The position numbers were made by a program, and so were the translations under genes. A DNA stretch of 64,000 nt from a virus (taxonomy: Duplodnaviria; Caudoviricetes), in the IMG/VR virus record IMGVR_UViG_3300027863_001757, positions 1,412-65,411 of that record. The stretch is one strand, 5' to 3'. Below are positions 9,185-18,460 of this stretch, piece after piece. The notes below the pieces were generated by a model that was given only the letters and a program-made list of their open reading frames with translations, was not told the origin of the DNA and ran no database searches. How positions within the stretch are numbered: position 1 is the first letter of the stretch; the number at the start of each line of letters is the position of its first letter.

Positions 9185-10593
9185 CAGGTAGTCCTCCGAA
9201 TATCCAGGCTTACCTCGCCAAGCGCCGCGATCTGACCGGGTTTTATCTCGACATCAGCCTGCGGCGAAAACATCGTCACATGACTTACACCCTGGATTCC
9301 GTCGAGAAGCGATACAACGTCGGAGAAGTATACGGACTTCCCGAATACCAGCTTATCGAATGAGAAGAACTCCTGCAGAGCAGCCTCGATGCGCCTGCGC
9401 ACTGTTTCGATGTCCTCGGTCTGGTAGACGTAGACTTCCGCATCAATCGATACCGGCCGGTAGCATGGATCGAAGAGATTCACTTCAATGGTGATGACCT
9501 TGCGGGACTCGATGAACTCAGCGAGCTGCTGTTTGAGAAGTGGTGAAGGCAAACCGCCGCCATTCGGCGCGACGGCCATGTTCACCTGGTAGTAACGAAT
9601 GTTGACACAGTCGTTTGAATCGAGCACCTGCGCCTTAGCGATTCCGGGGAAGCCCTCCGCGAGAGCCTTGTAGTCGTCCTTTGTGACCGCTTTCCAAAGC
9701 GACCGCAGCTCCGCTGGAGCCTGCAGTTTTGCATGATCGAGCGTCTCCCTGTCAGAGCCGTTGGTTGCGGAGATGGGATTGTTGACTCGAAGCTCCACAA
9801 TCGCTCCGTCATAGTAGATTGGAGTCACCGATTCGGTCACTAAGTTCGTACCGATGTTGCCCTTCGAGCCGAGAGTCTCAAGATAATCGACAGTGATCGT
9901 CTCGCTTTCGGTTGGCACCGCGCCGTGGATTCCGTCGCCGAATATGATCCATGTAACATCCAGTCCATCTGTCTCGACCTGGAAGTGCTTCGAGTCAGGA
10001 GCGCTATCGATGAAGAACCGAGCCTCTTCCCAATCACTGTCTCCGACTTTGACCCGGACGCTGCCCTGAGCGATGCTGGTAGAGGAGAGCGCGAACCTTT
10101 GATTTCGGTCTCCGGTGCCCACGAATTCCTCGCTCTTGTGACTTCCCTGCCGCGCACCGACATCGACCGACAGGCTTTCTCTGGCAAGCACGATGTCCTC
10201 AACGGTCTCAAAGTCGACATCACCATCTTCGAGTCTGGCTACGCAGACAGTCCCTGCGGGGATTGTGAGATCGGAATCGAGTGCCGATGAGAGACTGAAC
10301 CGCAGGGTTGTTGTAGCCGCAACCGGAGTATCGAGCCTGTAGTTTATGAGCTTGCAGAGGTTGATGACGTTCTGACGCTGACGGGCGGTAGGCAGGAATG
10401 CCTCGGCAGCCTGGACATCGAGATAGTACGCAAGCATATCGCCCACGCCGCAGAATAGCTCCAGCAGCACCACCCCAAGATCGGACTCATTGAAGTCAGT
10501 CCAGCGGTCGGTGAGCTGCGGCACGCGGGCAAGAAGCTCCTGTCTGAGAGATTCGTAATCCTTGTTAGAATATGAAATGCTTGCTCTACCCAA
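9184..10593 (-). CDS. Baseplate J-like wedge protein
   Basis: YSNKDYESLRQEL...WTDFNESDLGVVLLELF...ARQRQNV...NGSDRET...RSLWKAVTKDDY...GVSHV; TTG start at 10593 (the ORF extends to 10617). Confidence 0.9.
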   Translation of the reverse strand: MGRASISYSNKDYESLRQELLARVPQLTDRWTDFNESDLGVVLLELFCGVGDMLAYYLDVQAAEAFLPTARQRQNVINLCKLINYRLDTPVAATTTLRFSLSSALDSDLTIPAGTVCVARLEDGDVDFETVEDIVLARESLSVDVGARQGSHKSEEFVGTGDRNQRFALSSTSIAQGSVRVKVGDSDWEEARFFIDSAPDSKHFQVETDGLDVTWIIFGDGIHGAVPTESETITVDYLETLGSKGNIGTNLVTESVTPIYYDGAIVELRVNNPISATNGSDRETLDHAKLQAPAELRSLWKAVTKDDYKALAEGFPGIAKAQVLDSNDCVNIRYYQVNMAVAPNGGGLPSPLLKQQLAEFIESRKVITIEVNLFDPCYRPVSIDAEVYVYQTEDIETVRRRIEAALQEFFSFDKLVFGKSVYFSDVVSLLDGIQGVSHVTMFSPQADVEIKPGQIAALGEVSLDIRRTT

Positions 10594-11041
10594 CAGCAAC
10601 CCTCCTCGCGCCTGCATCGGACGACTCGGTCAGTTCTTCACGGCAGAATGGCCACACCAAATTGCCTTCCACCTGAGTATCTATCACTCGATAGGAGATG
10701 CACACCGAGAGCATGTTCGCATCAATCGCCTCCGTCGACTCGTCAAACGAGACATCGGTCACATAGACACGCTTCTCCCAGCGTTCGACATCGTCAGTAA
10801 TGTAGTGGCGCAGCAACCCCTTGAGCACGTCATTGTTCGGCTCAAAAACCAGGTCGCGCACGTGCGAGCCGAACTCAGGGTTCATGAACCGCTCGCCCGG
10901 CCGCGTTCCCAGAATCTGCAGAATGCTTTCATGGATATGCGCGTGGTCCATCGACGTGACAGTCGACACCTGCGCCCCGCCGGATCTGCGCTGAAACACG
11001 AACGGAAACTTCAGTCCCTTGCCGAGGAAATCATTACTCAT
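10586..11041 (-). CDS. GPW/gp25-family baseplate wedge protein
   Basis: FLGKGLKFPF...IHESILQILGTRPGERFMNPEFGS...ERWEKRV signature. Confidence 0.92.
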   Translation of the reverse strand: MSNDFLGKGLKFPFVFQRRSGGAQVSTVTSMDHAHIHESILQILGTRPGERFMNPEFGSHVRDLVFEPNNDVLKGLLRHYITDDVERWEKRVYVTDVSFDESTEAIDANMLSVCISYRVIDTQVEGNLVWPFCREELTESSDAGARRVAVG

Positions 11042-11940
11042 CAGTCAGGCTCCTGGCAGTTGAAGCAAACAGGACCGGAACCATCGCCGTCATCACCACT
11101 GCCGCTTTGCGGGAAGTGGATCACAAGATCGATTCCGTCTGAGAGGGAAAGATGTATCGTGCCGTTCGTCTCGATCATCCCAGCATGTCCGCTCTCAAGA
11201 GCCTTGAAGCTTTTCGCACCGCCGGATATGCTGCGGGCCTGCACTTCTTCGCCGATTCCGTAGATATGCGAAATGCCGAGAACGTCAATCGTGCCGCTCG
11301 TGTTTGCGACCGCCACGGCCCTGTCGCTCTGATACACATCGATCCGTGTTCCGTCTGGCAGCATGGCGGTGTATCTGCCTGGAGAAGCTAATACAGGCTC
11401 GACTCCATCCGGCAGACCCTCGATACCTGCCGCCTCGTGTGTTACCTTTACAGCATCCGGGACAAGAGTAAGCTCACGACCATCGGGCAGCGTCACCACA
11501 CCTCCAACAGCAGATCCAACGACTGAAGCCGATCCGCCCTCATCAACAACACTCATCTGCCCATCAGGAAACACCCGCAAGAACGCTCCGTCAGTGAAAC
11601 CAAAGAGCCTGCCACCGTCCGGCAGGTCGCGCACACTGGTTCCCACCGGCATCGATGTGAACGGATGATAGTCAATCGGCACTGGTTCTTCAACCTGCCG
11701 AATATACTCCTGAGCGCTTTGAGCGTGCGCATCGAGCACTGCCTGAACTTCCTGGCGCAGTATCTCGGTTATAGCAAAGCTCTGTTCTATGAGCACTCGG
11801 ATTGCATGGACATCGTCAGCAATTCCACCGAGGGCCTCGACCAGCGCCATAAGCTCGTAATGGTGCTCAGATGAGCTTGTCTGTTCTATGATGAGAGGAG
11901 TATTTTCGCCTCCATCTCCACCTCCGCCGATACCTGCCAC
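11041..11940 (-). CDS. Hypothetical baseplate-cluster protein with repetitive beta-strand region
   Basis: 299-aa ORF with single-base overlaps at both ends; repeated LPDG turns. Confidence 0.6.
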   Translation of the reverse strand: MAGIGGGGDGGENTPLIIEQTSSSEHHYELMALVEALGGIADDVHAIRVLIEQSFAITEILRQEVQAVLDAHAQSAQEYIRQVEEPVPIDYHPFTSMPVGTSVRDLPDGGRLFGFTDGAFLRVFPDGQMSVVDEGGSASVVGSAVGGVVTLPDGRELTLVPDAVKVTHEAAGIEGLPDGVEPVLASPGRYTAMLPDGTRIDVYQSDRAVAVANTSGTIDVLGISHIYGIGEEVQARSISGGAKSFKALESGHAGMIETNGTIHLSLSDGIDLVIHFPQSGSGDDGDGSGPVCFNCQEPD

Positions 11941-12701
11941 TACCTGTCTCCTTCCGGCTCAAGCCGCAGCTTGTCCACAAACCAACCATCGAAACGCTGC
12001 AGGAACTCGTCCTGCGTGTCCCAGACAAACCTGAGCGTGACCTGCTCGCCGGTATATGACGAGAGCGGCACCCTGAATACATCGCGTCCAACGACGAACG
12101 GATTCTGAGGATCTCCATACGTATCCCAGTCTGGGTTGAGTCGGCGCTGCACTTCGTCATTGACCAGCACCTCGAGAGTATCGCGGCTGTGACTTAGAAA
12201 GCTCTCGATCTGCCCCCACGCCTCGAATACCAAGGTGTAGTTGTGGTCGAGGTCGACAACCGCCGACAGCTCACCCGTAACCCGGATATTGCCGTCCTGA
12301 TCATCGAACCACTCATCAAAGTAGCGGAAGTGCCACGCTCCCTCTGAGGTCTTCTCCACGTATCCACTTGCCTGCCACTGTGGTACGAGTGTCGGAAACG
12401 TCTGCGCGGCGCTCTTGCAAACGTCCACCTGCATATACCGGCGCGACACGACTGCATCGTCCACCACAACCTCGGCGATTATGACCGCCGCGCCGGGATT
12501 GAGACCATAATGCAGGCTGCCGTCTTCGACACGCACAACGTCGGGATGAGTAGATGAGAACATCACCTCACCGCCCGGATCGCCAGTGATAGCAATCGGA
12601 ACACTCTTCGGTGTAGCATCGTAGGGTTCGACTATCTCGCGCGGGCGAAGATCCCAATATCCGAATGCTGTGTCAAGAGACTTCAATGTCTGACTTGCCA
12701 T
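11940..12701 (-). CDS. Ig-like (Big_2-like) domain plus jelly-roll adhesin-like domain protein
   Basis: FSSTHPDVVRVEDG Big_2-like motif; C-terminal VPLSSYTGEQVTLRFVWDTQD...GWFVDKLRL resembles immune-inhibitor-A/MAM-like beta-sandwiches. Confidence 0.55.
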   Translation of the reverse strand: MASQTLKSLDTAFGYWDLRPREIVEPYDATPKSVPIAITGDPGGEVMFSSTHPDVVRVEDGSLHYGLNPGAAVIIAEVVVDDAVVSRRYMQVDVCKSAAQTFPTLVPQWQASGYVEKTSEGAWHFRYFDEWFDDQDGNIRVTGELSAVVDLDHNYTLVFEAWGQIESFLSHSRDTLEVLVNDEVQRRLNPDWDTYGDPQNPFVVGRDVFRVPLSSYTGEQVTLRFVWDTQDEFLQRFDGWFVDKLRLEPEGDR

Positions 12702-12969
12702 ACTCCACTACCTCCACTCGCACGAACCGAACGCTGTCTCTCTCTTCCGAGTCATAGATTGTAATCTCGCTGCCGCCGAGAGTTGTGCCGAGCGAGACAA
12801 CACCCTCGGCACTCACCGAGGCGACACCCGGGTTTGAACTTTCAAAGACCGCCGTTCCTCTCGGCGCGCCCCTCAGTGTAAGGGGGACACTGACCGGATA
12901 AGCGACCTTGGAAACCTTTATTGATTTGGGAAAGACGTCCCAATACTGAATCTCGCTCATAGACATCAC
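12673..12969 (-). CDS. Single Ig-like (Big_2-like) domain protein
   Basis: FESSNPGVASVSAEGVVSLGTTLGGSEITI is a typical Big_2 motif. Confidence 0.65.
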   Translation of the reverse strand: MMSMSEIQYWDVFPKSIKVSKVAYPVSVPLTLRGAPRGTAVFESSNPGVASVSAEGVVSLGTTLGGSEITIYDSEERDSVRFVRVEVVEYGKSDIEVS

Positions 12970-13236
12970 TCAATCCACCATAGTATCCAGGCTGCCGCCG
13001 ACAATGACAGCGCCGCAGCCGGTGACATCGCCGATCCTGGCATTTGGTCTGCCATCCGTGGTTGTTTTCAGGCTGCCGGTAACGATTGGCGTTACACCGT
13101 GGTAAGGAATAGGGCAGACATGCATGTCGCCCATCCGGGCAACGGGCTTGCCGTTGGCCATTGTAGTAAGCGAACCGGTGATAATCGTCCCCCCATGACT
13201 GGACATGTCTCCGAGCCTTGCCTGCGGCCTTGCCAT
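12970..13236 (-). CDS. PAAR spike-tip protein
   Basis: PQARLGD.SSHGG...PVARMGDMHVCP...PNARIGDVTGCGA: three PAAR repeats with His/Cys zinc ligands. Confidence 0.93.
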   Translation of the reverse strand: MARPQARLGDMSSHGGTIITGSLTTMANGKPVARMGDMHVCPIPYHGVTPIVTGSLKTTTDGRPNARIGDVTGCGAVIVGGSLDTMVD

Positions 13237-13240
13237 AAGT

Positions 13241-13618
13241 TTAGTGCCTCGTAAAATAGTTGATGATCGCGCTTATGACGCCGCTGATGATCCCACCAAG
13301 AGCGACCACAAGCCCGACGACTTTCCACATAGTCTCAACGCCGACCTTGCCCTCAAGACCTGCATGCAGGCTCCTTATCTCCTCGGCATGACGCGCGAGT
13401 TCGTCGCTTATTCCGCGAACGATGAGGTCGACATTCTCCTTGTCCGACTTCTTCTCGATCTCCCGCTCGATCTTCTCAAGCCGCCCCTGGATGTCGCGCC
13501 GATGTTCCTCAAGTATTGAGCGGAACTCTGCTCGCCATGCATCAAAGGTCTTGGCAAGCAGGCGTTCGCTTTCGACCCAGCCACACTTTCCCGGTCCCTG
13601 ACATTCGTTGTCAGCCAT
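13241..13618 (-). CDS. Coiled-coil protein with C-terminal transmembrane helix (holin/XhlA-like candidate)
   Basis: Charged coiled coil followed by WKVVGLVVALGGIISGVISAII. Confidence 0.55.
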   Translation of the reverse strand: MADNECQGPGKCGWVESERLLAKTFDAWRAEFRSILEEHRRDIQGRLEKIEREIEKKSDKENVDLIVRGISDELARHAEEIRSLHAGLEGKVGVETMWKVVGLVVALGGIISGVISAIINYFTRH

Positions 13619-14537
13619 TCCAGATTCCTCCGGTTATGCAGCACTGCTGAACACATGCCGTATCTCCGCCTGTTACAGTCGGCACATGTCGCAGACCGGA
13701 TGCAATCAATGCTGGTCGCGCCCATGCGCGCTGGAAACGCGCCCACTGCATACTTCGTCCGCCGTCATCGTCGCGCCAGAGCATCGCCATCGGCAGGAAA
13801 CCGGCTTCGGCGGCCTGCTCCATACGCCTCTGGGCTGAGTCAAAAGTGTCGCCGGGATAGCCGATCAGGACATAGCACCTCAAGACATGACTCTGCACCG
13901 TGAAACCTGCATCGATGAGCATTCTCCCGGCCTCGACCAGCAGCTCGTAGTCATCTTCAGCGTCGTAGGCAAAGAACATCTGCTTGGGCTTTAGCTCGCT
14001 CAGCAGTTCGACATGCCACGGTCGCAGCCTCGCAGCCTCCAGCCCGCCGGTGAACTCCGCTCTCCTGGGCTGCCGCCTCAGCATTGCAAAAACGTCTTTC
14101 ACATGCTGCTCCGAACAGGCAAGCAGGTTGTCATCAATCACATTCCAGCCGTCGGTCACAGGTAGCTCCCTGACGTCACCTTCGCGCTGCCATACGCTGC
14201 AGAACCAGCAGCGATTAGGACAACCGCGCGATGTGACAACATAACCAGGCTTCAGATACAACCCCGGTATGAACTCTCCCCCGGGCATCCCTGTCGCTGG
14301 GCCACCTATCTTCACCGGCGCAACCCGCTCCCACGCTTTAGCAAGAGACTCAGCTCGGGGCAGGTCGTAGGTGAAGGTTGCCGAAACATGCACTTCGTTG
14401 ACATCAATTGGGAACAATCCCGGCTCGTCATAGAAAGCCAGATCGTCTGTTGGCGTTGCCCTAGTCCGTCGTGGGAACACGCGCGCGATCCGCTTTGCGG
14501 GAGTGTTTCGCCTTCGATTGCCTCTCGAATGCGTCAT
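13611..14537 (-). CDS. Radical SAM-family protein
   Basis: TSRGCPNRCWFC CxxxCxxC motif, IDDNLL and GGLEAARL segments typical of phage radical SAM proteins; overlaps both neighbours. Confidence 0.85.
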   Translation of the reverse strand: MTHSRGNRRRNTPAKRIARVFPRRTRATPTDDLAFYDEPGLFPIDVNEVHVSATFTYDLPRAESLAKAWERVAPVKIGGPATGMPGGEFIPGLYLKPGYVVTSRGCPNRCWFCSVWQREGDVRELPVTDGWNVIDDNLLACSEQHVKDVFAMLRRQPRRAEFTGGLEAARLRPWHVELLSELKPKQMFFAYDAEDDYELLVEAGRMLIDAGFTVQSHVLRCYVLIGYPGDTFDSAQRRMEQAAEAGFLPMAMLWRDDDGGRSMQWARFQRAWARPALIASGLRHVPTVTGGDTACVQQCCITGGIWNG

Positions 14538-15625
14538 GGGTTTACGAGCACCTTTCCGCTGGAGCGGATGATGACATGCCCCATGACACCGTCCATTGTG
14601 AGCTTGCTACCGGCTTTGTCCGTCACCTGGATTCTCTCTCTGCCGGAAGCAGAGCTGAGAACAAGCGTCTGTCCTGCTTTGTCGGTAAGCCGCACTTGTT
14701 CTTTGCCTGCGGTTGAGCAAATCTGAATCTCCTGCGTTCCACCAAGTCCCCAGAGGTGAATGGTCTCATGACCCTTGGTAGTATCGATGAGTATCTTCTG
14801 CCAGCGAGAACGCGTCGCGTCCGACGACTGGATGTGAATCTTCTCCCTGTCCTGCCACGCCTCAAGGCACAGGAACTGCCGACAGGCGTCCGTCAGCCGA
14901 ACAAACGCTTTGCTGTCTTTGATATCGCGCGAGATATCGATCTGTTGGCCGCTTTGACCAGCACCCGCTTGGCCGTTTGCCTGGCTTGCTTCAGAATCGT
15001 ACGTCCCACGCCGCCGAGTATTTTCACTTTGGACCTCCGCTTTGACTGGACAATGCATGTGCAGGATCTGCCCGGCCCTGTCTATGATCTTCAGAAACTC
15101 CTCTTCGTCTCTGTCGTCGAATACAATTGTGTGCCCGGTCTCAGTCTTGATGAGCACTTTCCTTCGCGGACAATAGTACGGCGGGTGAGCATGGTATTTG
15201 CGATGCTCGGCGTTGTCCGCCGCATCAGAGGCATGCTCTTTGTCTTCGCAGTCCCGACAGGTCATCGACGAACATAATCTCTTGGACTCCTCCGGTTGCT
15301 CTCCCGGATTGCTCATCGCAACCCAGACGCCGGTCCAGATAGGATACTGAGGGTCGCCGCCCTCAAACTCCGCCCAGACTGACGCGCCCTCTTCAGGGAC
15401 GAGAAACATACCGGTATCATCGTTGCCGCCGTAAGGGAAGCAGGGCCATGCCCAGTCCGACCAGTTCTCATTTCCGATCCCGAGCACTGCAGGCACTTCG
15501 AGACGACATCTGCCCAGTCGCTCCGGGTCGTTATTATCCCGCACGAATGCTCGGTACTTGCCGTACCATTTGTCTTTGTAACGTTCTTCGTGCTGCTGGT
15601 CTTGAAACTCAAGCATGGCCTGCAT
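14534..15625 (-). CDS. Baseplate spike protein, gp5/gpV OB-fold (VgrG C-terminal part-like)
   Basis: YGKYRAFVRDNNDPERLGRCRLEVP...WAWPC...P.EGASVWAEFEGGDPQYPIW; C-terminal repeats such as VRLTDKAGQTLVL. Confidence 0.88.
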   Translation of the reverse strand: MQAMLEFQDQQHEERYKDKWYGKYRAFVRDNNDPERLGRCRLEVPAVLGIGNENWSDWAWPCFPYGGNDDTGMFLVPEEGASVWAEFEGGDPQYPIWTGVWVAMSNPGEQPEESKRLCSSMTCRDCEDKEHASDAADNAEHRKYHAHPPYYCPRRKVLIKTETGHTIVFDDRDEEEFLKIIDRAGQILHMHCPVKAEVQSENTRRRGTYDSEASQANGQAGAGQSGQQIDISRDIKDSKAFVRLTDACRQFLCLEAWQDREKIHIQSSDATRSRWQKILIDTTKGHETIHLWGLGGTQEIQICSTAGKEQVRLTDKAGQTLVLSSASGRERIQVTDKAGSKLTMDGVMGHVIIRSSGKVLVNP

Positions 15626-15633
15626 CCCTTGCT

Positions 15634-15945
15634 CTAAAGCCCCCGGAAGACTTCCTTGAGGAACCGGACTACCGCACTCGCTGGAGTCTTCTTCGGATCG
15701 GCTTTAGCCACGGAGTGTTGAACCGCGTCTCTTGCGGCAGCCGATAGATTTGCCTCTGCCTGCGCGACCATGCTCTTGACCTCACCCGCGCCTATGCGCT
15801 CAATGATCCCGGTGATAGTATCCAACGCCGACGACTGAGCCTTGCCCCAAGTCGTGAGCTTGATGACGGCGATCAGCGAGACAAGAAACGCAGCAAAGAC
15901 CTCCTTATTCTCTACAATCGTCTTGATGATTTGGTCCCAATGCAC
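15634..15945 (-). CDS. Holin-like membrane protein
   Basis: N-terminal hydrophobic helix (VFAAFLVSLIAVIKL) then amphipathic, basic C-terminus. Confidence 0.45.
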   Translation of the reverse strand: MHWDQIIKTIVENKEVFAAFLVSLIAVIKLTTWGKAQSSALDTITGIIERIGAGEVKSMVAQAEANLSAAARDAVQHSVAKADPKKTPASAVVRFLKEVFRGL

Positions 15946-15961
15946 TGATGTTGCCTCCTCG

Positions 15962-17287
15962 TTAGTTGCTTATGATCCGGCCTGTATTGGCGTCGATCCG
16001 GACCATCTTCGGCTTTGGCTTCACAGCTCGCGACTGCTTTGATGTTGCCTGTCGCCTTACCGAACTGGCTATTTGTCGCTTCGGATGTCGCGGAGCTTCC
16101 TGTTTGTTCTGTTTGCCTTTGACCTCTGCGGCCTTGCCTCCCGCGCCCTTGCCGAGTGCATTCTTCTTGAGCTTAAGCTCACACGAATAGCCGTCTTGAA
16201 AGACATGGCGGACGGAAGTGCAGTAGTAAATGCCTGAAAACTTGGTCCCGACACCACGAACCTCCAAGTTCTGCTTGGCCACGAGAGTCGGAATGCCGAC
16301 AGTCGCGGCCGTTGCTTCAACCTGTCTCATCTCGGCATTCTTGAAATGGCTCTCAGCCTTGTCCTGAGCCGGTTCTTGCCGAGGCTCCTCGTGATAACTC
16401 TCCGAGCGTTCCGAACTCGGCACTATCTTGCCGGTTTCTTGCTTCCTGAACTTGCCTTCACCGCTGTTGCCGTCGATCAGATATGTCTTCTTGCCGAGAG
16501 ACGTCCTGTCAGGTGTTGTGGCATTGTTCGCTGCATGCTCGGTATGCTTTTTCTTGCGTGGGTCCACTCCCACGGCCTTAGTCTCGGTCCCCGCACCTTT
16601 CACCGACTGCGACTGAGTCGACGGCTTGAACGAACGCAGTACACCCTCGCGGTCGGTGAAGTACTCCAGGATCAGGGCGGGCCTCGCATGAAGAGTGCGG
16701 GGGTGAAAATGCAACTCGTCGTCCTGAATGTAGAACACATAGCCTGTCACTCCTTTGCCGTCGCGGTCCCTGGACTTGCCGGCGAGCTCCTTCAGAAACT
16801 GTGCATCCGACTTGTTTCCCTGCGCCACACGAAGATGCCATCCGACCGTCTTTGTTACCACCGGCGTAAGCCCGTGCTCGCTGGCAATCTGTTCGGCTAT
16901 TTCCGAGTAAAGAATGCCGGGAGCAGGTTTCTGCCAGATACGCTGAATCTGCTTGCCGGTGAGCTTATGACCCTTGTCATAAGCCTTGAGCTGTATGGTC
17001 GGGTCGCCGCCATCGGGGAAGTCGTAATCGATCTCCTTGATGACGGCGACCTTCCTGGGTGAGAGGTTGTCGACGTAACCGAAGCGGGCGACGATCTCGT
17101 TGCCTTCCTGAAAGAGAGGATCGTCAACGAACTGGAGACACCTGTCCGTGATAGTGAGTTCCATCACATCGAGTTCCTCTTCATTGTCCTCGAAGACGAA
17201 CGAAGTAATCTCGTGTGTGATGTCTTTGGAGAGCCTCTTGCCCTCTATCTCTATCACGAATACTGGCTGGTATACTTCCAGTTGCAT
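15962..17287 (-). CDS. Late control D / baseplate hub (gpD, gp27-like)
   Basis: FVIEIEG...ITSFVFED...FQEGNEIVARFGY...SDAQFLKELA...YIQDDELHF...G.YYCTSVRH; start moved to the ATG at 17287 behind GGAG. Confidence 0.88.
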   Translation of the reverse strand: MQLEVYQPVFVIEIEGKRLSKDITHEITSFVFEDNEEELDVMELTITDRCLQFVDDPLFQEGNEIVARFGYVDNLSPRKVAVIKEIDYDFPDGGDPTIQLKAYDKGHKLTGKQIQRIWQKPAPGILYSEIAEQIASEHGLTPVVTKTVGWHLRVAQGNKSDAQFLKELAGKSRDRDGKGVTGYVFYIQDDELHFHPRTLHARPALILEYFTDREGVLRSFKPSTQSQSVKGAGTETKAVGVDPRKKKHTEHAANNATTPDRTSLGKKTYLIDGNSGEGKFRKQETGKIVPSSERSESYHEEPRQEPAQDKAESHFKNAEMRQVEATAATVGIPTLVAKQNLEVRGVGTKFSGIYYCTSVRHVFQDGYSCELKLKKNALGKGAGGKAAEVKGKQNKQEAPRHPKRQIASSVRRQATSKQSRAVKPKPKMVRIDANTGRIISN

Positions 17288-17319
17288 CTCGACTCCGGTC
17301 TGGTCGTGCAAGCACCTCT

Positions 17320-17356
17320 ACTTAGTTATTTACTATCGAAAACCAGGAAGTGTCGG
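17320..17356 (-). promoter_or_regulatory. Conserved 37-bp promoter-like motif, copy 1 (upstream of gpD operon)
   Basis: CCGACACTT-N12-TAGTAAATAACTAAGT on the - strand; same motif at five other operon starts. Confidence 0.75.
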
Positions 17357-17469
17357 AATAAGTTGCTGCCTCATGCCTAGTACCCCTGCCAGTTTTACCG
17401 GCATGGCGTCAAACAGGCACGATATTTGCACCTTGTATCATTGGAATACTATGTGAAAGGAGAATACAG

Positions 17470-17562
17470 ATGATGGCACGAAAAAGTATGGATGCCCCGA
17501 TGGAATTGCTGTTGGGCATGATTGTGTTTCTGCAATCGCTGATCATTCTGAAGATCATTTAG
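17470..17562 (+). CDS. Small hydrophobic peptide (30 aa), antisense to the tail operon
   Basis: MMARKSMDAPMELLLGMIVFLQSLIILKII*; AAAGGAG RBS 7 nt before the ATG; lies in the intergenic gap. Confidence 0.55.
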   Translation: MMARKSMDAPMELLLGMIVFLQSLIILKII

Positions 17563-17657
17563 AAGCAGAAGCGCTCCTCCACCCCTCGCCAGAGGGGCAG
17601 AGAGAGCCGGTATCCGTACCAGCTAGTACCAAAGATCAGACATTCAACTTCTGACCG

Positions 17658-17948
17658 TCATCCAAGCAGATTCATCTGAACGTGTTCGACCGAGGGGACT
17701 CGCAGGACGCTCCCCGACACCAGATCAAGCGGAAGGAAGATGTCGTTATAGTCGCAGATAACCCACCACAGTAAGGCGCTGCCGAGATAACGATAAGCTA
17801 CTAGATCGACACGGTCGCCCTCGACAACGGTATGGAAGACATCGTCGGGCTGCGGGGTGGTGTCAATCAACGGACGCATGCCGAGGAACTCTTCCTTGCC
17901 GTCGACGTAGAGAACGCACGTCGCATACCTGGAATCCTGACTAATCAC
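17658..17948 (-). CDS. LysM-like / tail protein X baseplate subunit
   Basis: SRY...HTVVEGDRVDLVAYRYLGSALLWWVICDYNDI...GSVLRVP. Confidence 0.85.
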   Translation of the reverse strand: MISQDSRYATCVLYVDGKEEFLGMRPLIDTTPQPDDVFHTVVEGDRVDLVAYRYLGSALLWWVICDYNDIFLPLDLVSGSVLRVPSVEHVQMNLLG

Positions 17949-18460
17949 TTCTTTCTCACCTCTGTGTAGTCGACCGACTTCTGAACAATTTCCTCAAGCG
18001 TCAGATCGACCTCGGCATGCTGCGGCAGGAGACTGTCGCTGTCGAACAAGTTGAAGTATCGTGCCCTTACCTGACGCACAATGCACATAACGCCCGGATA
18101 GAGATCACCGAGGAAAAACAGGACTTTGTGAGGGGCGTTCTTGAGCATTGTTTTCTCGTGCTTCGGGTAAAGGAGTGACTGCAGCCAAGCCACTTTCTCC
18201 TTCACCGGCCCCTTGAAGAACGAGACCTTGAACGTGATCCGCCGAGCCTCTCCGGCCACATACTGATACCTTGGGTGGCTCATGCCTGGGACTTTTATCG
18301 CCGCAAAGTCGGTGCTCTTCTCGTCCGCGATCTCGTCCGGGTTATACTGAAACTCAAGTCGCTCGTGAGTCACGACGTCCACGATACAGCCGGTTGTCTT
18401 CTTCAGGTCAATGCGCAAGACTGGACCTCCCGAAGTATGACGACGGGCTTGCCAAGACAC
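17945..18460 (-). CDS. CIS tube-initiator protein (gpU/Afp7-like)
   Basis: LEFQYNPDEI.DEKS..FA...VPGMSHPRYQYVAGEAR.ITF...AEVDLTLEE; located between tape measure and LysM genes. Confidence 0.8.
   Translation of the reverse strand: MSWQARRHTSGGPVLRIDLKKTTGCIVDVVTHERLEFQYNPDEIADEKSTDFAAIKVPGMSHPRYQYVAGEARRITFKVSFFKGPVKEKVAWLQSLLYPKHEKTMLKNAPHKVLFFLGDLYPGVMCIVRQVRARYFNLFDSDSLLPQHAEVDLTLEEIVQKSVDYTEVRKK

Noticed and set aside
10586-11041. gp25 'lysozyme' as a lysis gene
   Set aside because: This family is a structural baseplate wedge subunit; the name is historical.
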